Origin: Marsupella aquatica
Taxonomy: Eukaryota; Plantae; Marchantiophyta
DNA: 64,000 nucleotides
Direction of reading: 5' to 3'
Assembly: GCA_973895155.1 (NCBI GenBank)
Contig: OZ316893.1
Coordinates: 26,276,798 to 26,340,797 of the forward strand
Numbering within the stretch: the stretch's first letter is position 1; each line of letters starts with the position of its first letter. Made by a program: the position numbers and the translations under genes. Shown one piece after another: positions 60,178 to 64,000 of this stretch. Under the pieces are notes generated by a model that worked only from the letters and a program-made list of their open reading frames with translations, did not search any database and was not told the DNA's origin.

Positions 60178-60283
60178 CTGCCGGACTTAGAATTCAATAA
60201 AGTTCTTGTGTGTGTTTCATGAACATAGCCTTTGGAGAGGTGAACCATGTATATGTACACTACTTGTGTGTTTGTTGGATGTT
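60178..60283 (+). mobile_element. Decayed LTR relic related to the copia LTR
   Basis: GGACTTAGAATTCAATAAAG...TGTGTGTT..ATAGCC...GAGGTGAACCATGTAT...GTTGGATG aligns with the LTR R/U5 region GGGCTTAGAGTTCAGTAAAG...GTAGCC...GAGGTGAACCATGTAT...GTTGGATG. Confidence 0.7.
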
Positions 60284-61306
60284 GCACATGTACATGCTAT
60301 CTTTAAGTAGCAATTGGTTGCTCGACAAAAATATGAAACCAAAACTCACAAAAAACTTTGTTTGTACGTAGGCCACCTTTCCCCTTTGGACTCCTTCTCT
60401 TGGGGACCGGGGGCCTACACCATCCCCCACTTCCAACTCAGTCTTCCCTTTGTTCTTTGCACCTCTCAAAACATTGCACTCATTAAAGGTTTAAACTTGC
60501 AAACAAAAAAATCTTTGAGAAAAAGAGGACAAAAACCTCAGGAAAGGAGCAAGGAAGGTGTAGCATGCGGCCAAGTGAGCCAATGCTTGTTTTGCGTCTG
60601 TAATAAATTGAATTCCTCATTGTGACCTTCCTATATGGTTTAACCAGAGTTTTACCAGGCTTTTCAGTTTGCCACTTAGTAGGGTTACTTTTAGGTTTTA
60701 GTTTACAATTGTAAGGACTCTAGTTGGGAACTCTAGGGCTTTTTCCCTTTTGTTAGTCATGGTTTTCCCTCGTTTTGCCCCCCTTTATTGGGTCTTGTGT
60801 TACTCCCAGGTGCGCACCAGCCACTTTCTTGCGGGCAAAAATTATTAGCCAATCACTTATCGAAAAACAGCAAGCTAATGATACTCAGGCTGAAATTTTA
60901 AAAACAACTTTTAAGTACATTGTTACTAAAGATGATTAAATTTATAATATTGTCACTGTTTTGTTTTTGTATTTACAAAAATGCCAAGCTTTCTGTATAT
61001 AGTTCCCTTGGTTACCCCAGTAAACTTGTCATCCATATACTAAACCGTGACATTTTTATAAATACAAAAAAAAAACAGTGGCACCACCACCTAATGCCAG
61101 GAAATACTCTAAATTAGTCACAAAACACTCCATAACCAGACCTGTGCTAGTGTGTAAGGTAAAATAGTAACCCCCTTAGCCACCTTGGCTAATGTTTAAA
61201 AGCAAGGAACAAATGGCTTGTAGGGCACCTTTGTTTTGTTTCCACTGTGCTATGCTATATGTTCTGGTACTAGAACCCTGCCATGGCCACACTTAAACGG
61301 GGGCGA

Positions 61307-61329
61307 AGGGTTTAGGGTTTAGGGTTTAG
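61307..61329. promoter_or_regulatory. Telo-box cluster (TTTAGGG repeats) upstream of WDR74
   Basis: The sequence is AGGGTTTAGGGTTTAGGGTTTAG. Telo-boxes are typical near the TSS of plant ribosome-biogenesis genes. Confidence 0.7.
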
Positions 61330-61482
61330 CGTCGAAGTGCTTTTTTTTGACTGAGAAAAAACTTGGGAATCCAGTTATCGAGGCTGAAGGAGTGAAGGGG
61401 GAGGCAGGAACGAGAAGTCGCTCCCTGGAGAGAATTTGATTGATGGGCAGACTTTGATTGATGCGTCAATAATCTTGGAGCA

Positions 61483-63878
61483 ATGCCGCGCACGACGAAA
61501 GTAGAGCTGCCTGGGTGTCCTGCGTTCAGAGCAATCTGCTGCGATTCTTTGGGACTCATCAAAGGTGATTCTCAAGATGGAAACCTTGTGCGTGTGGGCT
61601 TTGGGGAGGATTGGTCAAAATGAAAGAATTGCCATGCTTGTCTCACTTCATTCTCGCTCCATGTGTATTGAAGAATATGTTGCCGTACTTCAGAGTTTTG
61701 CCATCTTCTTGGGTACACGGCGTCGATTGAGTTGTCGTAACAGTCTGAGGAGAATTCAATTCATTGTCATGATGGAAAACTGTAGAGCTTTTCAGACGAA
61801 TTCTGAATTGCTTTTCCAATGACTAGGGCGTAAATTTTCCAGGTGCAGGATTTAGGGTTAGGGTAAGAGTGCTTTGTGTCGCGATTGTTATACAATTATT
61901 ATTATTATTTGACTAAAAGAAGCTTTGAAAATCCAGTCATCGAGGCTGAAGGCGAGGCAGGAACGCCAAAAGTAGTCGCTCGATGGGGAGACCCAGATAT
62001 TCGCCAAGGAATACGCTGCGTCTCCATGTCCAATGATTTATCTCCTGTAAGTTTGCTCTGGGGGGACAACTATTGATAAGCTGAGGATTCATCTTCACCC
62101 CTTCAATTGAAGTATTATCGTTTTTTGGTTTGAGCGATGCCGCAATAAAATTATGCCCTTTGAGTCTTGAGACAATGATCCTGGGAAAGGCGACTAATCT
62201 ACACTGCCTTTATTTTGTTGTCCCAGAGATTGGCTGTTGCAAGGAAGACCAATAATGTGAGTATTGTTTACTTGCATTGACGACGATTTGTCCCTCTTAC
62301 TTGCCTAATGTGCTGCATGAAAGGTTATTTCTGAGATTTATGGTGAAGAGTTTTATTAGAGATGCCACCATAGTCACAATCTCTATAGATAGAGTAGAAT
62401 GCATGAACGTCGAAGGTCAATGACTCTGTGTTGTAAATAGATTGTGCAGGAGCTGACCTAAACATAACATGGTGTTACAGCGCACGAACTGATGAACCTC
62501 CCATCTTGCTTTCTGATTGTCAGGTTGAAATACTTGATCCTGCTTCAGGACAACTGCAGTCGCATCTTGTCATGCCACATGAACCAGTTGAGACGCTTGG
62601 ACGAGAAAGTAGGGATGCAAGTGATGCCGTTTGTGGCCTGCACCTCTATAGTGAAGGTAGCTCCTGGTAAGGGTCTCGCCAGGTGTGCTACTGCAAATAT
62701 CTCTGGTTGTTTCCATACATTGTCGTTGAGAATTACGTGCTAAATAGTCTTCCTATGGACTTGTTTGTGGAAAGGGGACCGGCTGTGCTGACATGCACAG
62801 AGTATGGGGACGCGGCTCTGCAGAGACTACCAAATGAGGGTCAGGTCTCACAATCTACAGAAGAGGACCAGTTGATTCTAAAATGGAATATCAGCCAGAC
62901 GGGAAGTGTCCTTTGCATGAAGGTGGATGGTCATGAACAGCATGCCGTTTTTGGAGGGTGGGTATATCAATCCCAGACAAAACTGTAATGCACATATTCG
63001 AAGATTACGCAGATCCAAAAAACGATTGCAAGTCTGCAGTGGATATTACAATGACTTTCGTCACTTTTTTCCTACTTGAAATGTAATCAGTGCGATTTAT
63101 AACAAGAGTTCTCTTTCATTTCAGAAAAGGTGTGGACGTAAACGTTTGGGACGTGGCCAAGAATTCAAAACTTTGGAGTGCCAAAACTGTAAGGGCATCT
63201 GCAGTTGGATTATCCAGTTCTGTGTAACACTTAAGAAATCTCCCCTTTACACAATTCGTTACTTCTAGGATCTCGCAGCTATTGAAGAATAAATCTGATT
63301 GTGGTGTGGCTGATTTATTGTGCACTATTCTCTTGCATTCGCAGCCTCATCGTGACAATCTTGGATTGATTTCCCCAGCATGGGTTACATCTATTACTTT
63401 TCTTAGTAAAGACGATCATCGCAAGATAGTAGTGGGAACAGGACACCATCAGGTATGACATCGCTGTAAGCTTTCCAAGCCCATTTACAACTCAATAATT
63501 TTGAACGGTAGATCTAGTAATATTCAAGCAGTGTAGTCTTCTCTGATGAAAGCTGCATGTGACAAGTTGGTGAGCTAAGAAACAGCTATTGAAAGGGTGA
63601 ATCATGCTACTTAGTACTCTACGTATTTAGTTGACTGCACGCAGAGCAAATCTGCCTGACATATGGCATGTAGTGATATCGATATTTCACGCGCTGTTAA
63701 AATCTCAAACTGTTTTTCTTTCAGGTCCGTCTTTATGATATTGGAGCCCAAAGGAGACCTGTACATGCATTTGAGTATGGGGAGTCTCCGATCAAAACTG
63801 TTACTGAGGATCCTGATGGTAATTCAGTCTATGTGGGAACTGGTGGTGGTGACTTGGCCTGTTTTGACATGAGAACGG
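61483..63878 (+). CDS. WDR74: WDR74/NSA1 60S ribosome biogenesis WD40 protein, partial. Exons 61483-61564, 61937-62046, 62227-62256, 62524-62666, 62775-62957, 63125-63188, 63345-63452, 63725-63878; continues past the window
   Basis: The spliced product reads MPRTTKVELPGCPAFRAICCDSLGLIKVIEA...KVVARWGDPD...FGGKGVDVNVWD...WSAK.P.RDNLGL..P.W...HQVRLYDIGAQRRPV...GDLACFDMRTG. All junctions are GT-AG and phase-consistent. Confidence 0.93.
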
Positions 63879-64000
63879 GTATGTGCTTGACAGCATTGAT
63901 CTGATCGTGCATTGAGAAAGGCTGCCGCAGGCTTTTTATAGCTCAATTTTAAATTGAAGCAGCTGCTACAACTTTTCCCATTAGTTGAGGTCACTGGGTA

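Overview
Eukaryotic land-plant genomic DNA. Spliceosomal introns, an ARF gene, TTTAGGG telo-boxes and a Met-tRNA-primed copia element point to a plant, and a CEP44 gene suggests a lineage with flagellated sperm (bryophyte, lycophyte or fern). From left to right the window holds: the first two coding exons and a long uORF-rich leader of an ARF-family gene (minus strand, running off the left edge); about 33 kb of gene-poor, decayed repeat DNA with MITEs, a tRNA-derived SINE family, tandem duplications and a few CpG-rich islands; and then a compact gene block. That block contains a 69-aa ORF 34 nt upstream of an intronless EMB2735-like ORF, an intronless DTW-domain gene, a spliced CEP44 gene and an intronless bacterial-type YnfA gene. 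It is followed by a ~137-bp tandem array, a young full-length Ty1/copia element (apparently identical 403-bp LTRs, TAGTG target-site duplication) and the first 8 exons of WDR74/NSA1. Three signals stand out. (1) The copia gag and pol are in the same frame but separated by a single UGA followed by a predicted stem-loop/pseudoknot, a candidate for programmed readthrough. (2) The small ORF, mini-ORF and EMB2735 look like a bicistronic arrangement with an AUGA stop-start overlap. (3) The YnfA gene may be a horizontal transfer. All calls come from manual reading and recalled family motifs; no searches were run.
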